64,000 nucleotides of DNA from Chrysomallon squamiferum (lineage: Eukaryota; Animalia; Mollusca), in contig CM022678.1 in assembly GCA_012295275.1 (NCBI GenBank), forward strand, positions 1,798,001 through 1,862,000, written 5' to 3'. The notes under the pieces are model-generated. The model was given only the letters and a program-made list of their open reading frames with translations. It did no database searches and was not told the origin of the DNA. Below, one piece after another: positions 1 through 32,138 of this stretch. Positions within the stretch are counted from its first letter, which is position 1, and every line of letters begins with the position of its first letter. The translations under genes were made by a program, and so were the position numbers.

Positions 1-494
1 ATTAACGAATAAATTTACTCAAATTTAATTCTCACAATAACTAACCGAAGACACACGGTAATGTGATTTGCTAACATACTAACCACAGATCAGTTACAGC
101 ATTTGGTCCAGATAAATTTCTACATCATCTTTTCAGCCATTTTATTTATTTATTTATTTAATTACTTACGTACTTTTGTTATTTTTCCGCTGTTGTTGTT
201 ATTATTATTATTATTAATATTATTTCTGTTGTTCTTATTGTTATTATTATTATTATTATTAAAGACTAAGTAGACTGAATTGTGTCTGTTAATCGAGGTT
301 TGTAGATATTTGTGAGAGATCAAATGAATGATCGTTGAGAACAATTACTGTAATATCAAGTTCGATGAGTTGTTGACAACTAGATGCAGTATCATATCAC
401 TTCACCAGAGCCACTCTCCATTAGATAACTGCAAAACTTAATCGAGAACTTAAATATAATATTTATGCTTTTATGATCATTAGATTATATATAC

Positions 495-616
<122 letters not shown>

Positions 617-938
617 TTAGATAGATAGACAGATATAGATGGTTTGTTTACATGTATATATGTATGTGAAATAAATATTAATAATAATAATATTTGTAAA
701 TAATAATAATAATAATAATAGTATAATCAATATTCATGTGATCAAAGGTATATTTGTTGTTTAAACTTATCTATAATTGTTAGTAGATGTTATTTGTATG
801 TGGACGGTGTATATTTATATAGTGAGCACGTATTTGTTTTGTCAGCACAAATGTATGAAGTTTGTGTTATCAGTACGTAATTACGTGGCTTTCAAAACTT
901 TTCCATTGGTGCTGTTTTTGCTGGCGAGGGAGTAATTA

Positions 939-1020
939 GTAGTCCAGCGGTTAGAACGCCTGTGTGACGCATGCGCTGTGGTTCAATCAGTGTCCGAGTT
1001 CGGACAATCAGACCGCGCTC
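939..1020 (+). mobile_element. tRNA-like SINE head remnant
   Basis: gtagtccagcggttagaacgcc resembles a D-arm/A-box. A similar head lies on the minus strand at 42191-42215 (tgtagtccagtggtagagtg). Followed by the hairpin tgtccga-gt-tcggaca. Confidence 0.3.
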
Positions 1021-1094
1021 AAAGCCTGGTACACTGTTTACTTTGAACGGGAGGTGTGTGCGTGTGCGTGTGTGTGTGTGTGTGTGTTTTTTAT

Positions 1095-1410
1095 ATACAT
1101 ATACATACATAGATATATATACATACATACATACATACATACATTATACACACATACATATATACATACGTACATACACACACATACATACATACATACA
1201 TATATACATACATATATATACATACATACATACATACATACATACATTATACACACATACATATATACATACGTACATACACACACATACATACATACAT
1301 ACATGCATGCATGCATGCATACATACATACATACCTACATACATGCATGCATGCATACATACATACATACCTACATACATACATACATACATACATGCAT
1401 ACATACATAT
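1095..1410. repeat. (TACA)n / (CATG)n compound microsatellite
   Basis: Direct reading. Confidence 0.9.
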
Positions 1411-1843
1411 TTTAAATTCTTCTTCTTTTTTTTTTTTTTTTTTTTTTTTTAAAACTTAAGACAATGACGTCATTCGTAAATTGAGCGTGAAAGACAGTTT
1501 GTTTTATTCTGTTGTAACAGTTTCCAGTTGGTCGTTTCGTACAAAGTTGCTGAATAATAGATCTTTAGACAATGGTCTACTAAGTCTTTTTTCTGAGAAA
1601 AATTCAGTATCCTGTCAGAGAAAAACAAAAACTGAAACACGAAACTTTTGGGTCGGGTGTGTAGTTAATGGCAGAAACGAGACACGGATTGTTTACAAGT
1701 GACGTCATAAACAGTCACTGTCCACGTATTTGTAAGAGCTTAACCAGTTGTCATGGCAACGTCAAAAAGAAACAAAAGAAACAAAAGAAAGAAAAAGAAG
1801 ACTGTAATAATGATGATGATGATGATGAAGATGATAATACAAA

Positions 1844-1887
<44 letters not shown>

Positions 1888-2656
1888 AAAATGAAAAGGT
1901 GTTAAATAACAACAAGATGTCACAGATAAAACACGTTACCTAGGAGACGGAGTATGGTTGACTTTGAAATAAACACACTCACAACCAGTAAACATTAATT
2001 TAAATAATTAGTTTGTCGTGACTTTTATATCACTTACTTTCGTGATTGCACATAAATGTGTTTAAATAAATAAACAAACAAACTCACTCCACCCCCATAC
2101 TACTACGACTACTACTACTACTAATAATAATAATAATAATAATAAGAAGAAGAAGAAGAAGAAGAAGAAGAAAGCATGAAAGAAAGAAAGAAAGAAAGAA
2201 AGAAATATTAAATACATTAACACACACACGCACAAAAACACACACACACATATATTTATAATTTTATCCTTACTTTTTTCTGTTTTCTTTCTTTCATTTA
2301 ATTATTTATTTATTTCGTTTTGTTATGTTAATTAAATAGATAGATAAATAAATAAATAAATACCCACACAAATACCCCCCCACAGGCCAGTACAGAGGAG
2401 GGATGAACGCCACGAACACCTCGGGTGTTCTAAGCAAACGTAAAAAAACCGCCATTACGTCTTAATTTGGTGCATTGTAAGCCACTGATAGCAGTCACGT
2501 GACAACAATGTGTTACCTGTGTGAAAAAACCTTCCTGCTAACATTACACCTAACACTCGTGTCACACGAACCGTGAAACGTTCTTCACACTTCACTGACA
2601 ACACAGTCCCCCGCCTCCGCAGTCACAGCGTGACCGAGAAACCTCTCTGTGTGTGT

Positions 2657-3411
<755 letters not shown>

Positions 3412-4461
3412 AATACGAGTAATAATAAGAGTTGTAATAGGATTAATATTTTTTTTTTTTTTTTTTATATATATATATATAAACACAGGGTAATCATTTC
3501 TTTACATTTTAATAAAATAAAATAAATTGCACGTAAAGAAGACGACAAAACAAAGAGACGAGATTAATCGCAGATAAAGGTCAAACGACATTTCAAACAA
3601 CACTAAAGTATCTGAAAAAAATCCTGCATAATCTCTGTACTATCATTCAAAGTACAAAATAGCCACAGTTGGGTATTTACATATTTATTTATGTGGTTAA
3701 TATCTTGACAGTTAATCTGCAGTAATGTCACTGATCGTCAATCAAAGTTCAAAACACAAGCTTAAAAAATGTATCGATTTAAATCACTTCGGTATTATTC
3801 GGAACAACTCGACTGTTTCCGTAACCGGTTATTATTCTACAAGAGTGACTCGTCAATCTTCGTTCTAGAAATGTTTTGAAGAAAGTTTTAAAATGTATTT
3901 TAATACTGTCACAGAAAGAAGCAATAGTTATATGTTGTTTTTAACAATATTCGTGAAGTCGTATAAAGGTAAATTAAAAACATGATTCAGTAAATAAAAG
4001 AATGATTCGACGTGTATTTCTCATACAGATATAAAAATACGTGGTGTAGATTTTACTAATATTTGAGTACTTGTTTGAACGGGAATAAATTCATTGCTGA
4101 GCTATGAACCGCTAAATCCTGCATACAACGAAACAGGTTACAAGTGAAGTTACAAAAATTATTGTAATTAGAAAAAAAAAATAAAAAATAATAATAATAA
4201 TAATAATAATAATAGTAAAAATAAAAATTCTAATTATCGAAAGAAATAATAATACTAATAATATTAATAATACTACTACTACTAATAATAATAAAATAAA
4301 CAAACAATAATAAAAACATAAATAAATAAATAAAATAAATAAAAATAAGATAAATAACAATATATATATATATATATAAATATGAAATATAAATAAAATA
4401 AAATAAAATAAAATAAATAAAATGAACACTAATAATACAAAATTATAAATAAATAAATAAA

Positions 4462-4670
4462 TAAATAAATAAATTAAAATAAGATAACTAAATAAATAAA
4501 TATATAAATAAATAAATTAAAATAAGATAACTAAATAAATAAATATATAAATAAATAAATTAAAAAAAGATAACTAAATAAATAAATATGTAAATAAATA
4601 AATTAAAATAAGATAACTAAATAAATAAATATGTAAATAAATAAATTAAAATAAGATAAATAAATAAAAT
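4462..4670. repeat. 43-bp AT-rich tandem repeat, ~5 copies
   Basis: aagataa(cta) recurs at 4481, 4524, 4567, 4610 and 4653. Confidence 0.8.
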
Positions 4671-4929
4671 TATAAACTTCTACTCTCCAAAAAGCAAGTT
4701 CCCGTGCGTATCCTAATCATCAACATTTCCGCTATATTTAGAGAAACGCACCTTTTTTTTATGTAACTGTCTCCTGGTTAAAACTCTAAAATCCTTGTTC
4801 CTGGTCTGACAACAGAAACGGGATCCTTGCCTGTGAAGAAACGCGATTATCAAACTTACATTAAAATAAAAAATAAAACAGCCCGAGGTTTGTAGTAATA
4901 ATTATTAATGATTTCTAAATATGCAATAC

Positions 4930-4963
<34 letters not shown>

Positions 4964-5866
4964 GTAAGTTAAATTACTGTCACAAATAACGATTGAAAAT
5001 TGATTATCATTTCTTCCTTGTGGCTTATGTGTTAAAAAAAAAAAAAAATGACATTTTATTTCAGTCATTTATTTATATGATGTTTAGTTTACTTTAGTTT
5101 ACTTTAGTTTATTTTTTTTTATTTTTTTATTTATTTATTTATTTATTTATTCATTCATTTGAATATTTATTTATCTATTAATTTAATTATTTATTTTCCC
5201 TATTTTTTCTGTCTGTCTGTATGTCAGTCTGTTGGTTTATCTCTGTGTGTCTGACAGTCTGTCTGTCCATCTATCAACCTTGTTACTCACTGATTGAGTT
5301 GTCAGGTAATTTGTGAGAAACTTTCTGCCTTGTTCTGACTGTAAAAACAAGGAAGAAACGAATTATTTGACGTTACCCTAATCGGTTTTTAATGCGGTCA
5401 CGTGACAGCATAAACAAGATTAATGAACACAAAGGCTACTAGAGTGGAAACCCGCTTTAGTCACATGACTACATTTTTATTGATTTTCCCTGTAGGACTC
5501 GTTTGTTCATTTTGCAAACACAACGACAACAACAACAACAACATTAAGCGATATAAAAGAAGGCAATAAATGATTATAAAATATAAAAATGTAAAATAAA
5601 ATTAAACATGCAGGAAGTACACGGACCATGACTTATATCAAAACAAAAAAAAAAAAAAAAAAAAATAAAAAAAACGACATCGCTTTTAGCTATATAACTT
5701 ATCTTTTTGTCATGTCTTTTAAACTCTGACAGTAAATATTAGCTGTTCCAGTTTATTTGCGATAGATATGTCTTCCTCTTTTATATCCTGAGAGAAATAT
5801 GTTTTCTTCTTCTTCTTTTCATTAGCATTATTACTATTGCTATTATTATTATATTTATTATCGTTG

Positions 5867-5911
<45 letters not shown>

Positions 5912-6155
5912 TTATTACTTTAATTTTTATTACTATTAATATTATTACTATTATTACTATTATTATATTATTATTATTATTATTATTACTATTATTATTA
6001 CTATTACTATTACTATTATTATATTTATTATCGTTGTTATTATTATTATTATTATTATCATTATTACTTTAATTATTATTACTATTAATATTATTACTAT
6101 TATATTATTATTATTATTGTTATTGCTATTATTGCTACTATTATTATTATTATTA

Positions 6156-6193
<38 letters not shown>

Positions 6194-6613
6194 GCTATAA
6201 AATAAATCTTTGACGTAAAATATTTGATGAAAGAAAAGTCAGTGACAAAAAAATTAACAAAAGTCTTCTGCATACGTCGTTAAGAAAATGTTTCAAAACA
6301 ACGAAAAAAATAATCTGATGTCTCTAGTCAAAACGAACATTAAGAGAATTCTGTCGTTGTTGTTGTTTTTGTTTTAAGAAGAAGGAATTTATCACATGTA
6401 CAAGACACATTTACAATGCTGACAGTTAAAAAGTTGAAACTGTCACGTGACACTTTGTGTATTACGTGACGTTACAACATTCAGTTAACAGTAGTGAATT
6501 ATTTTTCTTTGTATTTTTTATTTTCTAATTTTCTTTCTTTGTTCTTTCGCTCGATCTTTCTTTATTTTTCTGTCTGTATTTCTATCTATCTACCCATACA
6601 TGTGTTTTCTCTG

Positions 6614-6692
<79 letters not shown>

Positions 6693-7379
6693 GAATATCT
6701 AAGTAACTAAATTTCTTTCCTTCCTGTTAGCATTTTTCTCGTTCGTTTTTATTTAAATTTTCTATATGTATTTATTACCTTTTTTTATTATTATTATTAA
6801 GTGATTTTTTGGGGCCATTTCTTTTCTCACTCCTACAATATCAGGCTATTCACTGGGAATTCCGAGTACAAAGTTAGAGGAAAAACATACAAAGCCTTTT
6901 GTGATGGCTTTGATAAACCCGTGAATACGCAGTCATGACATTTTCGCTATTAATAGTAACGTGAAGTCATTTCTGTAACAAACAGTACAGAACACTTTGA
7001 CCGTCTCTCTGTCTGTCTGTATAATCTGTCACTGTCTATATTTCTGATTTACACTCTTTTAGTCTGTTTTAAAGTCTTCAATGCAAAAAAAAAAAGAAAA
7101 TTGTCTTTATGTCGCAATAAGAAGAAAACACGTTCAGAATAGCAGTGTTTTGATAGTGATATCCTGTCAACATGCAGTTTATTGTATAATTAATGTTCTT
7201 GCTAAACGTACTCGTCCTGGGGGATGTGGTGACGTCACGAGGAAAAGATCTAAAACTGGAAGACACTTAAATTTACATCCTCATTGACTGATCCGGTACT
7301 CAACAAGTGAGACTGAGAGAAACGGACAGAGACAGAGAGGACCACTTAGAAAAACCTTAACAGAATAAAACCTTTTCAG

Positions 7380-7692
<313 letters not shown>

Positions 7693-8396
7693 CTCCACCC
7701 CTCCCCCTCTTTGTTTGATACACCAAATGTCTAAAGTAATAATTCTGTTCCTGTGACTATTTTCCTAGAAGTAATCACTCAAATAATGTATCGACTGTTT
7801 TTTTCTGTCATGCTCCGCAAACCTTTCACGTTTAATTGGATCAGCGCCATTTTGTTACGTTAACTATTCAAACATACTCGTTAATCTGGATTAGAGCCAG
7901 AGATTAAGATAATAATTCAATTCCAATAAAATAATCTAATACGGTAATTCATTAAGTACCATGGTTATGTGTTTGATTTTTCGAGGCTGCAGGATGGAGT
8001 GACATATTATGACATATTTGTTTCGAGTGTTACAGTTAATAAGGAATATAACACTGTATAAAATATAAGAAATAATCAAATAATTACATGGCTGATGAAC
8101 GGATAGAAATGAAAATTATAAATAATAATTATATTTAAATAATTTTTCAAAATATTTTCATAAATTAATAAATAATAATGATGATGATGATGATGATGAT
8201 GATAATAATAATAATAATAAAACTATTAATCATAATGATAATAATACTGTTAAACTGGAAATATAGAAATAAATGGAAAAAAAAAACAACAACAAATAAA
8301 TGATAGAGAGAAGAATTAAGAAAAGGAATAGATGAGAGAGAGACAAAATAAATTAATTTCTAATGGGAATATTTTAAATTTCAGAGATTTTATTTA

Positions 8397-8438
<42 letters not shown>

Positions 8439-8883
8439 TTGTTAACAGCTAACATTTGAACTGTGTCTAAAATCACGTGCTGTTTTAAAAGTCAGTACTT
8501 TAAGGTCAAAACGTGATTCTGTCCCAGCCACCTAATTCAGTTTTTATACAAGAATGTTACTGTGTCAGCTACGTAACAGTTACACACACAGCCATTTCCA
8601 ACAAAGGCACTAGGAGTGACATTAAACAAACAAATAAATAAATACTAACACAAAGAAGAAGAAGAAGAAGAGATATAACAACAGCAGCAACAGCAACAAC
8701 ACTAGATTCTGTTCAAATTTGTACAATTATATTTATGGCAATACTAGAATTGTCATTATCATCATCATCATCACCATCATCATCATCGTTTATCAGTATC
8801 ACTGATAATAACAACAATGACCAAATGATGACAGAGGTAAAATATTTGTGAAACAATAGATTAATGATATAAACTGGAATACT

Positions 8884-8969
<86 letters not shown>

Positions 8970-10029
8970 CTTCTTATCAAATATTTCGACGTATGCTAAT
9001 TGCAGTCACTATACGTCGTACAATGTAAAATGTCTTGTCGCTGTTTTACGTGACGTATTAGAAATATCTCGTCTGGTGACAACCAGTTTAAGAGCAGACG
9101 AGAGACAGATTTGACTGTAGTACAATTATAATACAAAATAAGATGTATATTACATTGTGTAATATCATTTATTTATTTGTTTATTATATTTGTTATTATT
9201 ATTATTATAATATATTTTTTTGTTGTTGTTGTTGTTATTATTATTTTAGAAGAAGTATAAAAAATGAAAAATCTGTCAGAGCTTATTTATTAATGTATTT
9301 TGATTATTGTCTTGGTTAAAATAATTATACACGGGTTTTATTTTAGTGACAAAATAAAAATAAAAATATAAAGTTTTATAACCAATAACAATTGTTATCA
9401 TTATTATTGTTATTACTGCTGCTGTTGCTGCTGCTACTGTTACCACTACTACTACTACTAATTATAATAATAATAATAATAATAAAAATATAATATAAAA
9501 AATAAAATCCCTGAAATTTAAAATACTACTTATTGTTGTCAGTCAAACAGAATTATTATATTAATAATCGTCGAATAAAAATTAATAACAGCAAGGATAT
9601 TTATTTATTTACTTATCTACTTAGAACTGTGCTATATTTGACCTGTCGTGTTTACTTGATCGTTTATGCTTTTTAAAACAGGATACGTAAAAACAGAGAA
9701 TAACGTTACAGAACTCCTTTTAACTAAAGACAGAAAGAAAAAGAAAGACAGAAGGAACAGAAGTAAAAACGAACGTAAGACAGACAGACACACGTAGAAT
9801 ATAAACAGCTTAACTAACCTCACTGACCGAGCCACCCAGGGTAACCAGCAGTAATCCAACTACCCCGAACAAGAGAAATACGAGTATCCATTTTATCTGT
9901 TTCTTTTTCTTTTCTTTTCTTTTCTTATTTTTTTTTTTTTAAAAAACTTCACACACAAACTAAGTAAGTTATTTCTCAGGTCTGTTACGTATCTGAAGCG
10001 TCTGAAACAAAAAACATTCCCTTCAATTG

Positions 10030-10210
10030 AAACGAAATGGCGACATTCCCGAACAGCGAAGTTCCCCAGTCGTTCATTCAGGAAGCAGACGGCTATGAAG
10101 TCCGCGAAAGAATATGACTCGCACGAGATCGCGCGCGAGACCAGGAAGTAGAGCAAGTGGGCTAGGTTTAAGGGTCGCTTGTAGCTCGATGCGCAAGTAA
10201 GCTAACGCAC
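10030..10210. promoter_or_regulatory. Orphan CpG-rich promoter-like island
   Basis: YY1-like AAATGGCG (10035-10042), TCGCGCGCGAGA (10129-10140) and ETS-like CAGGAAGT (10142-10149), with donor-like sites on both strands nearby. Confidence 0.4.
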
Positions 10211-10487
10211 CTAGGATTGACACAAGGGGAGAGTAATCCGGGATGACCTTTGAATCGGCTGCAACAGATAGTCAGTCAGAATGTGAGTGATGTAAGAAAC
10301 TAAAAATGTGTTAGATAATAAAGTACGTTTATAGATAGTGCCTACAGGATGCGGTCTGTTGTGTGCGTGTATGCGTGTGTGTGCGCCTGTGTGTGTGTGA
10401 GATAAATAGAACGAAAGAGAGAAAATAGAAGAAAAAAAAAGCCAGCTAGAGAAATAAATAAATATATTGGTGGACAGTCCAACAATC

Positions 10488-10588
<101 letters not shown>

Positions 10589-11705
10589 TAAGGGGACTTA
10601 TTGAAAAGAAAAACGTTCAAAGAACTAACAATTAAATGGTAACTGAAAGGTCGCTCATGTGACACATTTTATTATCATTTCACAAATATGCCACATGACT
10701 ATATTCACGTACAAGTCGAATACAGTTTCCTTACGTCATGCGTAAATATATATATTTAATGACAGCAGTTTGGTACATATTTAAATGCAAACGTAATCCT
10801 CTCGTTATCTATCTGCTTGCCTGTGTTTCTGTCTGTCTGTCTGTCGTCTGTCCCTGCCTTTCTGTTCCCTCTCTCCCTCCGTTACCACTCTCTTTTAACA
10901 CCCACACGCACGCACACCGACACACACACACCCACACACGCACACCCACACACACCCACCCACCCACCCACCCACACTCACACACACACACACACACACG
11001 CACACACACGCACACCCACCCACACACGAGCCCACACCCACACACACCCACACACACACACACACGCACGCACACACGGCTGTCCATCAGTTGAGAGGAT
11101 GACAGGACAGTTTTTTTTTATGACGTCTGCATCAGAAATGTGACAGCTTCTGACCTCAGGCCACCTCACTTCATGTTTCTACTTTTACTTCACGTGTGAC
11201 AGTTTAATAACTTAATTATCAAACTGACCCGCTCAGTTAGTGTACTGAATACCAGTAATAGCAGTAATACCAGTAATAGTAGTAATAGTTAGAGTAACTG
11301 TAGTTAAAACTACTATCCCAAAAACTACTACTACTATTACAATACTATTATTACTACTTATACTGCTACTACTACTACTACTACTACTACTACTATATAC
11401 TACTACACTACTACTGTATACTTCGAATGTCTGTTTAAATACATTTCAACAACGGCATGGAAAAGACGCGTAATGTTGGTGTTTGATTATGCTAATGAGA
11501 AGGCGTGACCAATTTTGACTGGCAGAACTTCTCGTGATAAAAGTACAGAGAATGCACGAATGTCCCGGATGTGGAGGATTTGTCTAAAACTAATTATCTG
11601 TTGAGAAATTAGTTGCTGAATATGTTATTTAACTTTATGTCAGTTTATTTTTGTTTATTTGTTATCATTGTTTTTACTAAGTTAAGGATATCTATCTATC
11701 TATCA

Positions 11706-11794
<89 letters not shown>

Positions 11795-12279
11795 GTGTGT
11801 GTAATAAATGTGGTAAAAAGCAAAAACAAAACAGATATTCATTATATGAAAATATTTTATTTTTTCATTGTTTATTGCATATTGTAGTTTTACACATAAA
11901 TACGGTTACAGTAGAGCTGCTGGCTATGCTTCCTGCACACGCATTCCTAAACATTCACGCGTGAAGTTCACAGAGGGAGGTCAGATGAAAGAAAGAAGAA
12001 AATGCTTTGATGAGAAACATCTTCGACGTCATTTAAACATAAAAAAAAAAAAAAAAAAAAAACTGGCGCAAATTTAACTCAGGGCGGTTATGTGAACTGT
12101 TGAAGGGGAGGGAGGGAGGGGGGGTGTTTAAATCGCACACAAGAGTTTTAATTTAACAAATTTTTAAATATTTGTATATGTATATTATCACTGATGGCAG
12201 TTAGATTAAAAAGAGACAGGAGTTGATCTGATCTTATGATACTAATTTTTGTACTAACTGTTTGTTTTTTATTTCTTCT

Positions 12280-12314
<35 letters not shown>

Positions 12315-12543
12315 TATTTTTTAAATATTTAAATATCCCACACAGGGATTAATGAAAGGGTGGGGCTGCTCTCTCTCTCTCTCTTTTTCTAATTTGATAT
12401 TTTAATTCTGATTGTTTCCTGCATGTAGAATCAATTACATTGAAGAGTCTAAGTGCCTGGATATTTAACACGCGTGCTGAAAACTTCAGTTTGAAACAAA
12501 CTTTCAACAGATCCTGAAAACAAGTCTCACATTTCGGAATACA

Positions 12544-12549
12544 TTTATT
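12544..12549 (-). terminator. Candidate distal polyadenylation signal of PiT (would imply a ~4-kb 3' UTR)
   Basis: AATAAA on the minus strand with a U/GU-rich tract (cttgttttc) about 20 nt downstream, near the edge of the CpG-depleted zone. Many other AATAAA hexamers exist in this AT-rich region. Confidence 0.2.
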
Positions 12550-14217
12550 GAGGGTGTGGTGGTTGTGAATGTTATATCTAAACTGAAAATAATTTTATTA
12601 TAAAGCTAAATAGCATAATAATAATAATAATAATAAAATAATAATAAAACAATACAATAATAGAACCTTGAATGAATAAATAGATAAATAAATCATTAAG
12701 TAAATAAGTAAATAAATAAATAAATACCATAAAATTAATATAAATAAGTAAATAAGTATTAAGTATGTAAGTATATACATAAATAAATAAATAAATAAAT
12801 AAAATAAAATAAAATAAAATAAAATAAAATAAAATAAAATAAAATAAAATAACTAAATAATCGAATATTATTTTCTTTAACATTCCCTCAACATAAGTTA
12901 ATACAAACAATAGTTATAAGTCTTTTAATGATTATCATTCTGTTTTGTTTCACTGTATGAACAAGAAATATTTACAAAATTCATTCACATACAAAATATA
13001 TAGCTATAGATTGTTGTTTTCGTATTTCAGAAGACTTTTTAATGTCCATAACTGGGCTATGACGCTAATAGCAAATCTATTACTAGACAATTTCACATAA
13101 TTATATATACATACATATAAACACACTGATTTAATGTTTCAAAAAATCTAAAAGACATTCATGCAAAATTTTCAATCATTCATGCACTTGTCAACAGAAG
13201 AGAAAAACAAATATATGTACAAAAAAAAAAAAAAAAAAAAAACCTAATCGCAAAAGTAAAGATGATAAACATTTAAACCGTAAGTCTATCAAAAATTACT
13301 TATATATATATATATATATAAAGATAATCATTTGAACTGGTACAAATAAAATTAATAGGACATAATAATTGTCAGTTTAAAAATATAAACCTCAATAGCC
13401 ATATTTATTCATTTTAATTTTAATTTACTACTTATGTGTAAAAAAAATATGTATTACATACCTTTAACTATACGTATATAAATTGTTAAAAATATATTTC
13501 ACATACATAATAACTTAAAATATTGTTATAAAAGAAAATAATTCTCTTCAGTTTGAACTGTAATTACCATGAAAATTTGGCCCAAACTAATTTGTTGAAA
13601 GTTGACAGATTGTGAATGACAGAAAGGAAGAGAGAGAAGAGATGAGCTAAAGTGATAGAAAGAAAGAAAGAGAAAAACAGAGACAGACAGAATGAATGTT
13701 TAATGACACCCCAGCATGATTTAATTTACAAAAGACTTCAGTGTTGTCAGGAAATGCTATGTACATTTATATACTTACAGGACAGCACCTTCCATACAGA
13801 AACAGTTAGCTGAAACATAGTCAGTAGAATATGAACAGTATTATATACATATTCAGAAATAATATTATTTTTCTCTCTAGATTATATATATATAATATAT
13901 AAATAAAATAAATAAAAGCATTTTATAATTAAAATTCTGCTATATTATTAATTTTTGTATATTAAAACTGATGAACAGAGTAACATAAAACAAAAATATA
14001 AAAATATAATTTTAATTTTAAAATGAAAGGACAATTTAATAAATTATTCATTAGCAAATAAAAATAAAATAGAAATTTCTATTTAGCAAAATATTCCCAA
14101 AATTTAAACAATCAAATTTCATTCTGATTTCTATTCAAATAGTGTATATATAAATGATTAAATGTTTTTCAATAAATTAGTTTTTGCTTGGTTTATTACT
14201 ATATATATATATAATGT

Positions 14218-14268
<51 letters not shown>

Positions 14269-14763
14269 TTGTCATGTTATTAATATATTTTTTGATAACA
14301 GTAAAATGAACAGAAAAGTATATCTGGATAAATGAACAAATAAATAAAAACTAAGGGTGACTTAAGAAGACTTTTTATCACCCTGTTTTGCCTGATAACA
14401 AGTTACTATGTACCACTGACACATACAAAATGTTCCCAGATTGAACAATTAGATTAAGTACAAGATAATTTTCCTTGTTTTGTTTTTCTAAATCTGTTTA
14501 AAACAGGAGATTAAACTTGTTTGCTTTTGAATATCTGTTTGATACAGGAATACCTGCTGACAAACAGAAGTAGGTGGTGATTTTTAAATTAATTAGAAAG
14601 AAAATGTAATAAAATTAATTAGCTCTGCATCTTGTTTCATTAACAACAAAAACCTTTTTGTACTCAAAAATATATCTAGAGACAGACAGAGAGACAGAAA
14701 GAGAGAAAGGGAGGAGAGAAAGAAAGAAAAAAAAAAGAAAAGACAGAAAAAGAAAGGGAGGAA

Positions 14764-14824
<61 letters not shown>

Positions 14825-16546
14825 AAGAAGAGAAAGTTAAATCTGCTTTTGCATTCATCTGAATATATGATATTTGTTTTCATTTTGAGAAATAAAACTG
14901 ATGAAACTGTTAATCTTAATAAACATACAAGTCAGACAAATATTTAATTAACAGTTCTAACAAATGTTGGAAGCAGTAGATATGTATTACCTGTTTTTAT
15001 ATCTCACAAAACATGATGAACCTATGTCAGCAATGATTTGACTCTCATATACACACACACAGACACAAACACTTATAGTGTAGGATGTTTCAAACTGCTA
15101 GCTTGTGTATGTTTTGTTTTTTTCAACATGTCAGAGAGAAGTAAATATTTGGATGTTAAAGAATTAATCTGCAAGTAACTGAGTACTCAGAGACGAAGAA
15201 ATTACAAAATAAATATTATCACAAAACAATTACACAGAAGATGTACCAGTACCATTGTGAGTACAGCTATGAATTCCATTACGGATACTGTTATGTGTAC
15301 CATTGTGAGTAGTACTGCAAATGGTAGAATCTTTATAAGTTCAGTTAGTTGTATCATTGTCAGTAAAACTATAGTGCTATTTTGAGTAGAGTTATGAGTT
15401 CTGTTGTGAGTATCTACTCAGAAATACATATGTAATCAGTCAGCTGCATGTTTTTATTTAATTATAAACTGATAGTGTACTGTGTTGTGTGGGTTTTTCT
15501 GATTACTGTTTTATCTACTAACATTCTGTTTTGTAACAATTTTGTTATATACACATCAACTGTAAATCTTTGTTAAGTGAGTAAATAGGGTGTGCATGTG
15601 TGTGTGTGTGTGTATACAGATAGATATTTCATTATATGTACATATGAGTTCAAGCTACATTTTCTGGAAGAATCTATAAAAAAATAATTTTCAATTTTGT
15701 ATTATCAATTCATTTAGAAATTTCTATAAGATTAAATCTGATGGTCATTTTATTAAATGTGTTCACAGTTACTAACTTATAAAATCATTTTAAATGTTAA
15801 AATAAATAAAAATAAAATAAATATTTCAGTATTATTTTTATTTTAATTTTTTGGTATAAAAATTAAATACTAAAATAGTCAGAGTTACTGTCATTAAATA
15901 TATAACTTTAAAAAAAATTATAAAATTACAAAAATTATATATATTTTTAAACAATGTACTAAATATATAAAAAAATAAATTAAAATTATTGTAATGATAT
16001 AAAAATGATATTCATCATGTTAAAAACAAGCTTAATTAAATAATTAATAATAAAACTTAAATTAAAATTTTAAAAATATAAGAAAAAGAATGAAGAAAAT
16101 AAATACAAAAAACACAGAATAATAAGACAAAAGCTCTTAGAGTTGTGAAATCACGGAGATAAATTATTTTTTCAATTAAAACTACAAGAAAAATCCATTT
16201 TTACATTCATAATGTAAATATTACAGTCTCACACTGTTATCAGCGAATTTCACATTTAAAAAAAAAACCCACATCTTATTTTACTTGTTCCGAGAAACAA
16301 GTCGACACTGATTACACCTGCAATTACAGACAAACAAAACTTTTACATCCACATAAAGTCTACAAAATGGAAGAAGAATATTTTTTTTTTTTTTTTTTTT
16401 TTTTTTCATGTTCTTTTTGACACTGAATACAAGCTGGCTGATTTTTTCTCATGAATTTGTTCCAAATTTCACTTCGTCTGTGGAATGATGCACAAAAAAA
16501 AGAAAAAGAAAAAAAAAGATTTTTTTTTTTTTCTATCACACAATCA

Positions 16547-31552
<15,006 letters not shown>

Positions 31553-31639
31553 CAACAGCGTGAAGTTACAACGACCACTGAAACACATAGACACAGTTCG
31601 TTTACGTTAACAAGCAGAATGGGAAACAAAACAACATTT

Positions 31640-32030
31640 ACCTTATTAAGCAGATAGGTAATACAGTAATTTTTATTTATGTTATGTTAATAAGCATTAG
31701 GGAATATATTCATATTTATTTATTTATGTTAATAAGAAAAGGAAACACAGCAATATTTATTTATGTTAATAAGAAGATAGTGAATACAGTAATATTTATT
31801 TATTTATATTAATAAGAAGTAAATGGAATACAATAATATTTATTTATTTATGTTAATAAAAAAAATAATGGAATATAATAATATTTATTTATTTATGTTA
31901 ATAAAAAAAAATAAGAAATACATTAATATGTATTTATATATGTTAATAAGAAGATAGGGAATACAATAATATTTATTTATATTAATAAGAAGACAGGGAA
32001 TACAGCATTATTTATGTTAATAAGAAGATA
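31640..32030. repeat. Degenerate ~35-40-bp AT-rich tandem repeat, ~10 copies
   Basis: Recurrent atttatttatgttaataagaa..ggaataca unit just upstream of the acceptor of PiT coding exon 1. Confidence 0.7.
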
Positions 32031-32031
32031 G

Positions 32032-32138
<107 letters not shown>

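Noticed and set aside
939-1020. Functional tRNA gene
   Set aside because: Only the D-arm-like head fits; no acceptor stem, anticodon arm or T-arm can be folded at the right spacing.
13779-13809. 31-nt minus-strand segment flanked by tttcag and gtaagt, a possible micro-exon
   Set aside because: It lies downstream of the PiT stop with no partner exons or homology, and such pairs can arise by chance.
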